DNA of 64,000 nucleotides from the human T2T-CHM13v2.0 reference genome, Homo sapiens, in NCBI RefSeq assembly GCF_009914755.1, contig NC_060941.1. One strand, written 5' to 3'. Under the pieces are notes generated by a model. It was not told the origin of the DNA. It made no database searches and saw only the letters and a program-made list of their open reading frames with translations. Of the stretch, positions 1 to 12,100 are shown one piece after another. Made by a program: the position numbers and the translations under genes. Positions within the stretch are counted from its first letter, which is position 1, and every line of letters begins with the position of its first letter.

Positions 1-422
1 CAGCTATGAAACACTGTTTTTCTAGAATCTGCAAGTGGACGTTTGGAGGGCTTTGTGGTTTGTGGTGGAAAAGGAAATATCTTCACCTAAATACTAGATA
101 GAAGCATTCTCAGAAACTGCTTTGTGATGATTGCATTCACCTCACAGAGTTGAACATTCCTATTGATAGAGCAGTTTGGAAACACTCTTGTTGTGGAATG
201 TGCAAGTGGAGATTTGGAGCGCTTTGAGGCCTATGGTAGTAAAGGGAATAGCTTCATAGAAAAACTAGACAGAAGCATTCTCAGAAAATACTTTGTGATG
301 ATTGAGTTTAACTCACAGAGCTGAACATTCCTTTGGATGGAGCAGGTTTGAGACACACCTTTTGTAGAATCTACAAGTGGATATTTGGACCTCTCTGAGG
401 ATTTCGTTGGAAACGGGATAAC

Positions 423-1782
423 TGCACCTAACTAAACGGAAGCATTCTCAGAAACTTCTTGGTGATGTTTGCATTCAAATCCCAGAGTTGAACCTTCCTT
501 TGATAGTTCAGGTTTGAAACACTCTTTTTGTAGGATCTGCAAGTGGATATTTGGACCACTCTGTGGCCTTCGTTCGAAACGGGTATATCTTCGCATAAAA
601 TCTAGACAGAAGCCTTCTCAGAAACTTCTCTGTGATGATTGCATTCAACTCACAGAGTTGAACCCTCCTATGGATAGAGCAGTGTTGAAACTCTCTTTTT
701 GTGGAATCTGCAAGTGGATATGTGGACCTCTCCGAAGATGTCTTTGGAAACGGGAATATCTTCACATAAAAACTAAACAGAAGCATTCTCAGAAACTTCT
801 CTGTGATGTTTGTGTTCAACTCCCAGAGTTTCACATTGCTTTTCATAGAGTAGTTCTGAAACATGCTTTTCGTAGTGTCTACAAGTGGACATTTGGAGCG
901 CTTTCAGGCCTGTGGTGGAAAACGAATTATGGTCACATAAAAACTGGAGAGAAGCATTGTCAGAAACTTCTTTGTGATGATTGCATTCAACTCACAGAGT
1001 TGAAGGTTCCTTTTCAAAGAGCAGTTTCCAATCACTCTTTGTGTGGAATCTGCAAGTGGATATTTGGACCTATTTTGAAGATTTCGTTGGAAACGGGAGA
1101 ATCTTCACAGGAAAGCTAAACAGAAGCATTCTCAGAAACTTCTTTGTGATGCTTGCATTCAACTCACAGAGTTGAACTTTCCTTTCGAGAGAGAAGCTTT
1201 GAAACACTCTTTTTCCAGAATCTGCAAGTGGACATTTGGAGGGCTTTGAGGCCTGTGGTGGAAAAGGAATTATCTTCCCGTAAAAGCTAGATAGAAGCAT
1301 TCTCAGAAACTACTTTGTGATGATTGCATTCAAGTCACAGAGTTGAACATTCCCTTTGACAGAGCAGTTTGGAAACTCTCTTTGTGTAGAATCTGCAAGT
1401 GGAGATATGGACCGCTTTGAGGCCTATGGTAGTAAAGGAAATAGCTTCATATAAAAGCTAGACAGTAGCATTCACAGAAAACTCTTGGTGACGACTGAGT
1501 TTAACTCACAGAGCTGAACATTCCTTTGGATGGAGCAGTTTCGAAACACACTATTTGTAGAATGTGCAAGTGGATATTTAGGCCTCTCTGAGGATTTCGT
1601 TGGAAACGGGATAAACCGCACAGAACTAAACAGAAGCATTCTCAGAACCTTCTTCGTGATGTTTGCATTCAACTCACAGTGTTGAACCTTTCTTTGATAG
1701 TTCAGGTTTCAAACGGTCTTTCTGTAGAAACTGCAAGTAGATATTTGGACCTCTCTGAGGATTTCGTTGGAAACGGGATAAC
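423..1782 (+). repeat. 8-monomer (1360 bp) HOR structural variant lacking the EcoRI monomer
   Basis: The 216-aa ORF starts at 469 and 1829, 1360 bp apart. At 1740-1782 the monomer containing AAACGGTCTTTCTGTAG switches to the ending ACTGCACCTAACTAAACGG, which belongs to a monomer 8 positions away. No GAATTC seen in 1-3624. Confidence 0.95.
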
Positions 1783-2940
1783 TGCACCTAACTAAACGGA
1801 AGCATTCTCAGAAACTTCTTGGTGATGTTTGCATTCAAATCCCAGAGTTGAACCTTCCTTTGATAGTTCAGGTTTGAAACACTCTTTTTGTAGGATCTGC
1901 AAGTGGATATTTGGGCCACTCTGTGGCCTTCGTTCGAAACGGGTATATCTTCGCATAAAATCTAGACAGAAGCATTCTCAGAAACTTCTCTGTGATGATT
2001 GCATTCAACTCACAGAGTTGAACCCTCCTATGGATAGAGCAGTGTTGAAACTCTCTTTTTGTGGAATCTGCAAGTGGATATGTGGACCTCTCCGAAGATG
2101 TCTTTGGAAACGGGAATATCTTCACATAAAAACTAAACAGAAGCATTCTCAGAAACTTCTCTGTGATGTTTGTGTTCAACTCCCAGAGTTTCACATTGCT
2201 TTTCATAGAGTAGTTCTGAAACATGCTTTTCGTAGTTTCTACAAGTGGACATTTGGAGCGCTTTCAGGCCTGTGGTGGAAAACGAATTATGGTCACATAA
2301 AAACTGGAGAGAAGCATTGTCAGAAACTTCTTTGTGATGATTGCATTCAACTCACAGAGTTGAAGGTTCCTTTTCAAAGAGCAGTTTCCAATCACTCTTT
2401 GTGTGGAATCTGCAAGTGGATATTTGGACCTATTTTGAAGATTTCGTTGGAAACGGGAGAATCTTCACAGGAAAGCTAAACAGAAGCATTCTCAGAAACT
2501 TCTTTGTGATGCTTGCATTCAACTCACAGAGTTGAACTTTCCTTTCGAGAGAGAAGCTTTGAAACACTCTTTTTCCAGAATCTGCAAGTGGACATTTGGA
2601 GGGCTTTGAGGCCTGTGGTGGAAAAGGAATTATCTTCCCGTAAAAGCTAGATAGAAGCATTCTCAGAAACTACTTTGTGATGATTGCATTCAAGTCACAG
2701 AGTTGAACATTCCCTTTGACAGAGCAGTTTGGAAACTCTCTTTGTGTAGAATCTGCAAGTGGAGATATGGACCGCTTTGAGGCCTATGGTAGTAAAGGAA
2801 ATAGCTTCATATAAAAGCTAGACAGTAGCATTCACAGAAAACTCTTGGTGACGACTGAGTTTAACTCACAGAGCTGAACATTCCTTTGGATGGAGCAGTT
2901 TCGAAACACACTATTTGTAGAATGTGCAAGTGGATATTTA

Positions 2941-3430
2941 GGCCTCTCTGAGGATTTCGTTGGAAACGGGATAAACCGCACAGAACTAAACAGAAGCATT
3001 CTCAGAACCTTCTTCGTGATGTTTGCATTCAACTCACAGTGTTGAACCTTTCTTTGATAGTTCAGGTTTGAAACGGTCTTTCTGTAGAAACTGCAAGTAG
3101 ATATTTGGACCTCTCTGAGGATTTCGTTGGAAACGGGATAACCCGCACAGAACTAAAACAGAAGCATTCTCAGAACCCTCTTCGTGATGTTTGCATTCAA
3201 CTCACAGTGCTGAACCTTTCTTTGATAGTTCAGCTTTGAAACACTCTTTTTGTAGAAACTGCAAGTGGATATTTGGTCCTCTCTGAGGATTTCGTTGGAA
3301 ACGGGATAAACTGCACAGAACTAAACAGAAGCATTCTCAGAACCTTCTTCGTGATGTCTGCATTCAACTCACAGTGTGGAACCTTTCTTTGATAGTTCAG
3401 GTTTGAAACACTCTTTTTGTAGAAACTGCA
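2941..3430 (+). repeat. Internal near-identical triplication of a 167-168 bp unit within each HOR (representative copy)
   Basis: Three consecutive copies of CTCTGAGGATTTCGTTGGAAACGGGATAA..GCACAGAACTAAA(A)CAGAAGCATTCTCAGAACC..CTTCGTGATGT.TGCATTCAACTCACAGTG..GAACCTTTCTTTGATAGTTCAG, with boxes at 2955, 3122 and 3290. They are visibly more alike than other monomers of the HOR. Confidence 0.9.
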
Positions 3431-3626
3431 AGGGGATAATTGCACTCTTTGAGGAGTACCGTAGTAAAGGAAATAACTTCCTATAAAAAGAAGACAGAAG
3501 CTTTCTCAGAAAATTCTTTGGGATGATTGAGTTGAACTCACAGAGCTGAGCATTCCTTGCGATGTAGCAGTTTAGAAACACACTTTCTGCAGAATCTGCA
3601 AGTGCATATTTGGACCTCTGTGAGGA

Positions 3627-6021
3627 ATTCGTTGGAAACGGGATAATTTCAGCTGACTAAACAGAAGCAGTCTCAGAATCTTCTTTGTGATGTTTGCATT
3701 CAAATCCCCGAGTTGAACTTTCCTTTCAAAGTTCACGTTTGAAACACTCTTTTTGCAGGATCTACAAGTGGATATTTGGACCACTCTGTGTCCTTCGTTC
3801 GAAACGGGTATATCTTCACATGACATCTAGACAGAAGCATCCTCAGAAGCTTCTCTGTGATGACTGCATTCAACTCACGGAGTTGAACACTCCTTTTGAG
3901 AGCGCAGTTTTGAAACTCTCTTTCTGTGGCATCTGCAAGGGGACATGTAGACCTCTTTGAAGATTTCGTTGGAAACGGAATCATCTTCACATAAAAACTA
4001 TACAGATGCATTCTCAGGAACTTTTTGGTGATGTTTGTATTCAACTCCCAGAGTTGAACTTTCCTTTGGAAAGAGCAGCTATGAAACACTGTTTTTCTAG
4101 AATCTGCAAGTGGACGTTTGGAGGGCTTTGTGGTTTGTGGTGGAAAAGGAAATATCTTCACCTAAATACTAGATAGAAGCATTCTCAGAAACTGCTTTGT
4201 GATGATTGCATTCACCTCACAGAGTTGAACATTCCTATTGACAGAGCAGTTTGGAAACACTCTTGTTGTGGAATGTGCAAGTGGAGATTTGGAGCGCTTT
4301 GAGGCCTATGGTAGTAAAGGGAATAGCTTCATAGAAAAACTAGACAGAAGCATTCTCAGAAAATACTTTGTGATGATTGAGTTTAACTCACAGAGCTGAA
4401 CATTCCTTTGGATGGAGCAGGTTTGAGACACACCTTTTGTAGAATCTACAAGTGGATATTTGGACCTCTCTGAGGATTTCGTTGGAAACGGGATAACTGC
4501 ACCTAACTAAACGGAAGCATTCTCAGAAACTTCTTGGTGATGTTTGCATTCAAATCCCAGAGTTGAACCTTCCTTTGATAGTTCAGGTTTGAAACACTCT
4601 TTTTGTAGGATCTGCAAGTGGATATTTGGACCACTCTGTGGCCTTCGTTCGAAACGGGTATATCTTCGCATAAAATCTAGACAGAAGCCTTCTCAGAAAC
4701 TTCTCTGTGATGATTGCATTCAACTCACAGAGTTGAACCCTCCTATGGATAGAGCAGTGTTGAAACTCTCTTTTTGTGGAATCTGCAAGTGGATATGTGG
4801 ACCTCTCCGAAGATGTCTTTGGAAACGGGAATATCTTCACATAAAAACTAAACAGAAGCATTCTCAGAAACTTCTCTGTGATGTTTGTGTTCAACTCCCA
4901 GAGTTTCACATTGCTTTTCATAGAGTAGTTCTGAAACATGCTTTTCGTAGTGTCTACAAGTGGACATTTGGAGCGCTTTCAGGCCTGTGGTGGAAAACGA
5001 ATTATGGTCACATAAAAACTGGAGAGAAGCATTGTCAGAAACTTCTTTGGGATGATTGCATTCAACTCACAGAGTTGAAGGTTCCTTTTCAAAGAGCAGT
5101 TTCCAATCACTCTTTGTGTGGAATCTGCAAGTGGATATTCGGACCTATTTTGAAGATTTCGTTGGAAACGGGAGAATCTTCACAGGAAAGCTAAACAGAA
5201 GCATTCTCAGAAACTTCTTTGTGATGCTTGCATTCAACTCACAGAGTTGAACTTTCCTTTCGAGAGAGAAGCTTTGAAACACTCTTTTTCCAGAATCTGC
5301 AAGTGGACATTTGGAGGGCTTTGAGGCCTGTGGTGGAAAAGGAATTATCTTCCCGTAAAAGCTAGATAGAAGCATTCTCAGAAACTACTTTGTGATGATT
5401 GCATTCAAGTCACAGAGTTGAACATTCCCTTTGACAGAGCAGTTTGGAAACTCTCTTTGTGTAGAATCTGCAAGTGGAGATATGGACCGCTTTGAGGCCT
5501 ATGGTAGTAAAGGAAATAGCTTCATATAAAAGCCAGACAGTAGCATTCACAGAAAACTCTTGGTGACGACTGAGTTTAACTCACAGAGCTGAACATTCCT
5601 TTGGATGGAGCAGTTTCGAAACACACTATTTGTAGAATGTGCAAGTGGATATTTAGGCCTCTCTGAGGATTTCGTTGGAAACGGGATAAACCGCACAGAA
5701 CTAAACAGAAGCATTCTCAGAACCTTCTTCGTGATGTTTGCATTCAACTCACAGTGTTGAACCTTTCTTTGATAGTTCAGGTTTGAAACGGTCTTTCTGT
5801 AGAAACTGCAAGTAGATATTTGGACCTCTCTGAGGATTTCGTTGGAAACGGGATAACCCGCACAGAACTAAAACAGAAGCATTCTCAGAACCCTCTTCGT
5901 GATGTTTGCATTCAACTCACAGTGCTGAACCTTTCTTTGATAGTTCAGCTTTGAAACACTCTTTTTGTAGAAACTGCAAGTGGATATTTGGTCCTCTCTG
6001 AGCATTTCGTTGGAAACGGGA
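3627..6021 (+). promoter_or_regulatory. CENP-B boxes in a representative 16-mer: 8 intact and 2 degenerate per HOR
   Basis: 17-mers matching NTTCGNNNNANNCGGGN start at 3627 (overlaps EcoRI), 3793, 4477, 4643, 5157, 5670, 5837 and 6005. Degenerate boxes at 3964 (ends CGGA, not CGGG) and 4814 (GTCT, not TTCG). The pattern repeats every 2715 bp. Actual binding depends on CpG methylation and cannot be seen in sequence. Confidence 0.9.
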
Positions 6022-6190
6022 TAAACTGCACAGAACTAAACAGAAGCATTCTCAGAACCTTCTTCGTGATGTCTGCATTCAACTCACAGTGTGGAACCTT
6101 TCTTTGATAGTTCAGGTTTGAAACACTCTTTTTGTAGAAACTGCAAGGGGATAATTGCACTCTTTGAGGAGTACCGTAGTAAAGGAAATA
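4130..6190 (+). other. A-type (pJ-alpha-box class) monomers, 6 per HOR
   Basis: At the position equivalent to the CENP-B box, six monomers carry TGTGGTGGAAAAGGAA / TATGGTAGTAAAGG / TACCGTAGTAAAGG-type sequence (near 4137, 4307, 4986, 5329, 5500, 6172). Order from the EcoRI monomer: B B B* A A B B B* A B A A B B B A. Confidence 0.8.
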
Positions 6191-9100
6191 ACTTCCTATA
6201 AAAAGAAGACAGAAGCTTTCTCAGAAAATTCTTTGGGATGATTGAGTTGAACTCACAGAGCTGAGCATTCCTTGCGATGTAGCAGTTTAGAAACACACTT
6301 TCTGCAGAATCTGCAAGTGCATATTTGGACCTCTGTGAGGAATTCGTTGGAAACGGGATAATTTCAGCTGACTAAACAGAAGCAGTCTCAGAATCTTCTT
6401 TGTGATGTTTGCATTCAAATCCCCGAGTTGAACTTTCCTTTCAAAGTTCACGTTTGAAACACTCTTTTTGCAGGATCTACAAGTGGATATTTGGACCACT
6501 CTGTGTCCTTCGTTCGAAACGGGTATATCTTCACATGACATCTAGACAGAAGCATCCTCAGAAGCTTCTCTGTGATGACTGCATTCAACTCACGGAGTTG
6601 AACACTCCTTTTGAGAGCGCAGTTTTGAAACTCTCTTTCTGTGGCATCTGCAAGGGGACATGTAGACCTCTTTGAAGATTTCGTTGGAAACGGAATCATC
6701 TTCACATAAAAACTATACAGATGCATTCTCAGGAACTTTTTGGTGATGTTTGTATTCAACTCCCAGAGTTGAACTTTCCTTTGGAAAGAGCAGCTATGAA
6801 ACACTGTTTTTCTAGAATCTGCAAGTGGACGTTTGGAGGGCTTTGTGGTTTGTGGTGGAAAAGGAAATATCTTCACCTAAATACTAGATAGAAGCATTCT
6901 CAGAAACTGCTTTGTGATGATTGCATTCACCTCACAGAGTTGAACATTCCTATTGATAGAGCAGTTTGGAAACACTCTTGTTGTGGAATGTGCAAGTGGA
7001 GATTTGGAGCGCTTTGAGGCCTATGGTAGTAAAGGGAATAGCTTCATAGAAAAACTAGACAGAAGCATTCTCAGAAAATACTTTGTGATGATTGAGTTTA
7101 ACTCACAGAGCTGAACATTCCTTTGGATGGAGCAGGTTTGAGACACACTTTTTGTAGAATCTACAAGTGGATATTTGGACCTCTCTGAGGATTTCGTTGG
7201 AAACGGGATAACTGCACCTAACTAAACGGAAGCATTCTCAGAAACTTCTTGGTGATGTTTGCGTTCAAATCCCAGAGTTGAACCTTCCTTTGATAGTTCA
7301 GGTTTGAAACACTCTTTTTGTAGGATCTGCAAGTGGATATTTGGACCACTCTGTGGCCTTCGTTCGAAACGGGTATATCTTCGCATAAAATCTAGACAGA
7401 AGCATTCTCAGAAACTTCTCTGTGATGATTGCATTCAACTCACAGAGTTGAACCCTCCTATGGATAGAGCAGTGTTGAAACTCTCTTTTTGTGGAATCTG
7501 CAAGTGGATATGTGGACCTCTCCGAAGATGTCTTTGGAAACGGGAATATCTTCACATAAAAACTAAACAGAAGCATTCTCAGAAACTTCTCTGTGATGTT
7601 TGTGTTCAACTCCCAGAGTTTCACATTGCTTTTCATAGAGTAGTTCTGAAACATGCTTTTCGTAGTGTCTACAAGTGGACATTTGGAGCGCTTTCAGGCC
7701 TGTGGTGGAAAACGAATTATGGTCACATAAAAACTGGAGAGAAGCATTGTCAGAAACTTCTTTGGGATGATTGCATTCAACTCACAGAGTTGAAGGTTCC
7801 TTTTCAAAGAGCAGTTTCCAATCACTCTTTCTGTGGAATCTGCAAGTGGATATTTGGACCTATTTTGAAGATTTCGTTGGAAACGGGAGAATCTTCACAG
7901 GAAAGCTAAACAGAAGCATTCTCAGAAACTTCTTTGTGATGCTTGCATTCAACTCACAGAGTTGAACTTTCCTTTCGAGAGAGAAGCTTTGAAACACTCT
8001 TTTTCCAGAATCTGCAAGTGGACATTTGGAGGGCTTTGAGGCCTGTGGTGGAAAAGGAATTATCTTCCCGTAAAAGCTAGATAGAAGCATTCTCAGAAAC
8101 TACTTTGTGATGATTGCATTCAAGTCACAGAGTTGAACATTCCCTTTGACAGAGCAGTTTGGAAACTCTCTTTGTGTAGAATCTGCAAGTGGAGATATGG
8201 ACCGCTTTGAGGCCTATGGTAGTAAAGGAAATAGCTTCATATAAAAGCTAGACAGTAGCATTCACAGAAAACTCTTGGTGACGACTGAGTTTAACTCACA
8301 GAGCTGAACATTCCTTTGGATGGAGCAGTTTCGAAACACACTATTTGTAGAATGTGCAAGTGGATATTTAGGCCTCTCTGAGGATTTCGTTGGAAACGGG
8401 ATAAACCGCACAGAACTAAACAGAAGCATTCTCAGAACCTTCTTCGTGATGTTTGCATTCAACTCACAGTGTTGAACCTTTCTTTGATAGTTCAGGTTTG
8501 AAACGGTCTTTCTGTAGAAACTGCAAGTAGATATTTGGACCTCTCTGAGGATTTCGTTGGAAACGGGATAACCCGCACAGAACTAAAACAGAAGCATTCT
8601 CAGAACCCTCTTCGTGATGTTTGCATTCAACTCACAGTGCTGAACCTTTCTTTGATAGTTCAGCTTTGAAACACTCTTTTTGTAGAAACTGCAAGTGGAT
8701 ATTTGGTCCTCTCTGAGGATTTCGTTGGAAACGGGATAAACTGCACAGAACTAAACAGAAGCATTCTCAGAACCTTCTTCGTGATGTCTGCATTCAACTC
8801 ACAGTGTGGAACCTTTCTTTGATAGTTCAGGTTTGAAACACTCTTTTTGTAGAAACTGCAAGGGGATAATTGCACTCTTTGAGGAGTACCGTAGTAAAGG
8901 AAATAACTTCCTATAAAAAGAAGACAGAAGCTTTCTCAGAAAATTCTTTGGGATGATTGAGTTGAACTCACAGAGCTGAGCATTCCTTGCGATGTAGCAG
9001 TTTAGAAACACACTTTCTGCAGAATCTGCAAGTGCATATTTGGACCTCTGTGAGGAATTCGTTGGAAACGGGATAATTTCAGCTGACTAAACAGAAGCAG

Positions 9101-12100
9101 TCTCAGAATCTTCTTTGTGATGTTTGCATTCAAATCCCCGAGTTGAACTTTCCTTTCAAAGTTCACGTTTGAAACACTCTTTTTGCAGGATCTACAAGTG
9201 GATATTTGGACCACTCTGTGTCCTTCGTTCGAAACGGGTATATCTTCACATGACATCTAGACAGAAGCATCCTCAGAAGCTTCTCTGTGATGACTGCATT
9301 CAACTCACGGAGTTGAACACTCCTTTTGAGAGCGCAGTTTTGAAACTCTCTTTCTGTGGCATCTGCAAGGGGACATGTAGACCTCTTTGAAGATTTCGTT
9401 GGAAACGGAATCATCTTCACATAAAAACTATACAGATGCATTCTCAGGAACTTTTTGGTGATGTTTGTATTCAACTCCCAGAGTTGAACTTTCCTTTGGA
9501 AAGAGCAGCTATGAAACACTCTTTTTCTAGAATCTGCAAGTGGACGTTTGGAGGGCTTTGTGGTTTGTGGTGGAAAAGGAAATATCTTCACCTAAATACT
9601 AGATAGAAGCATTCTCAGAAACTGCTTTGTGATGATTGCATTCACCTCACAGAGTTGAACATTCCTATTGATAGAGCAGTTTGGAAACACTCTTGTTGTG
9701 GAATGTGCAAGTGGAGATTTGGAGCGCTTTGAGGCCTATGGTAGTAAAGGGAATAGCTTCATAGAAAAACTAGACAGAAGCATTCTCAGAAAATACTTTG
9801 TGATGATTGAGTTTAACTCACAGAGCTGAACATTCCTTTGGATGGAGCAGGTTTGAGACACACTTTTTGTAGAATCTACAAGTGGATATTTGGACCTCTC
9901 TGAGGATTTCGTTGGAAACGGGATAACTGCACCTAACTAAACGGAAGCATTCTCAGAAACTTCTTGGTGATGTTTGCGTTCAAATCCCAGAGTTGAACCT
10001 TCCTTTGATAGTTCAGGTTTGAAACACTCTTTTTGTAGGATCTGCAAGTGGATATTTGGACCACTCTGTGGCCTTCGTTCGAAACGGGTATATCTTCGCA
10101 TAAAATCTAGACAGAAGCATTCTCAGAAACTTCTCTGTGATGATTGCATTCAACTCACAGAGTTGAACCCTCCTATGGATAGAGCAGTGTTGAAACTCTC
10201 TTTTTGTGGAATCTGCAAGTGGATATGTGGACCTCTCCGAAGATGTCTTTGGAAACGGGAATATCTTCACATAAAAACTAAACAGAAGCATTCTCAGAAA
10301 CTTCTCTGTGATGTTTGTGTTCAACTCCCAGAGTTTCACATTGCTTTTCATAGAGTAGTTCTGAAACATGCTTTTCGTAGTGTCTACAAGTGGACATTTG
10401 GAGCGCTTTCAGGCCTGTGGTGGAAAACGAATTATGGTCACATAAAAACTGGAGAGAAGCATTGTCAGAAACTTCTTTGGGATGATTGCATTCAACTCAC
10501 AGAGTTGAAGGTTCCTTTTCAAAGAGCAGTTTCCAATCACTCTTTGTGTGGAATCTGCAAGTGGATATTTGGACCTATTTTGAAGATTTCGTTGGAAACG
10601 GGAGAATCTTCACAGGAAAGCTAAACAGAAGCATTCTCAGAAACTTCTTTGTGATGCTTGCATTCAACTCACAGAGTTGAACTTTCCTTTCGAGAGAGAA
10701 GCTTTGAAACACTCTTTTTCCAGAATCTGCAAGTGGACATTTGGAGGGCTTTGAGGCCTGTGGTGGAAAAGGAATTATCTTCCCGTAAAAGCTAGATAGA
10801 AGCATTCTCAGAAACTACTTTGTGATGATTGCATTCAAGTCACAGAGTTGAACATTCCCTTTGACAGAGCAGTTTGGAAACTCTCTTTGTGTAGAATCTG
10901 CAAGTGGAGATATGGACCGCTTTGAGGCCTATGGTAGTAAAGGAAATAGCTTCATATAAAAGCTAGACAGTAGCATTCACAGAAAACTCTTGGTGACGAC
11001 TGAGTTTAACTCACAGAGCTGAACATTCCTTTGGATGGAGCAGTTTCGAAACACACTATTTGTAGAATGTGCAAGTGGATATTTAGGCCTCTCTGAGGAT
11101 TTCGTTGGAAACGGGATAAACCGCACAGAACTAAACAGAAGCATTCTCAGAACCTTCTTCGTGATGTTTGCATTCAACTCACAGTGTTGAACCTTTCTTT
11201 GATAGTTCAGGTTTGAAACGGTCTTTCTGTAGAAACTGCAAGTAGATATTTGGACCTCTCTGAGGATTTCGTTGGAAACGGGATAACCCGCACAGAACTA
11301 AAACAGAAGCATTCTCAGAACCCTCTTCGTGATGTTTGCATTCAACTCACAGTGCTGAACCTTTCTTTGATAGTTCAGCTTTGAAACACTCTTTTTGTAG
11401 AAACTGCAAGTGGATATTTGGTCCTCTCTGAGCATTTCGTTGGAAACGGGATAAACTGCACAGACCTAAACAGAAGCATTCTCAGAACCTTCTTCGTGAT
11501 GTCTGCATTCAACTCACAGTGTGGAACCTTTCTTTGATAGTTCAGGTTTGAAACACTCTTTTTGTAGAAACTGCAAGGGGATAATTGCACTCTTTGAGGA
11601 GTACCGTAGTAAAGGAAATAACTTCCTATAAAAAGAAGACAGAAGCTTTCTCAGAAAATTCTTTGGGATGATTGAGTTGAACTCACAGAGCTGAGCATTC
11701 CTTGCGATGTAGCAGTTTAGAAACACACTTTCTGCAGAATCTGCAAGTGCATATTTGGACCTCTGTGAGGAATTCGTTGGAAACGGGATAATTTCAGCTG
11801 ACTAAACAGAAGCAGTCTCAGAATCTTCTTTGTGATGTTTGCATTCAAATCCCCGAGTTGAACTTTCCTTTCAAAGTTCACGTTTGAAACACTCTTTTTG
11901 CAGGATCTACAAGTGGATATTTGGACCACTCTGTGTCCTTCGTTCGAAACGGGTATATCTTCACATGACATCTAGACAGAAGCATCCTCAGAAGCTTCTC
12001 TGTGATGACTGCATTCAACTCACGGAGTTGAACACTCCTTTTGAGAGCGCAGTTTTGAAACTCTCTTTCTGTGGCATCTGCAAGGGGACATGTAGACCTC

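Noticed and set aside
107-115. TTCTCAGAA dyad (STAT/GAS-like) at the start of most monomers, and short palindromes such as TTTCGAAA
   Set aside because: Part of the general alpha-satellite consensus; sequence alone gives no evidence of binding or cruciform formation specific to this window.
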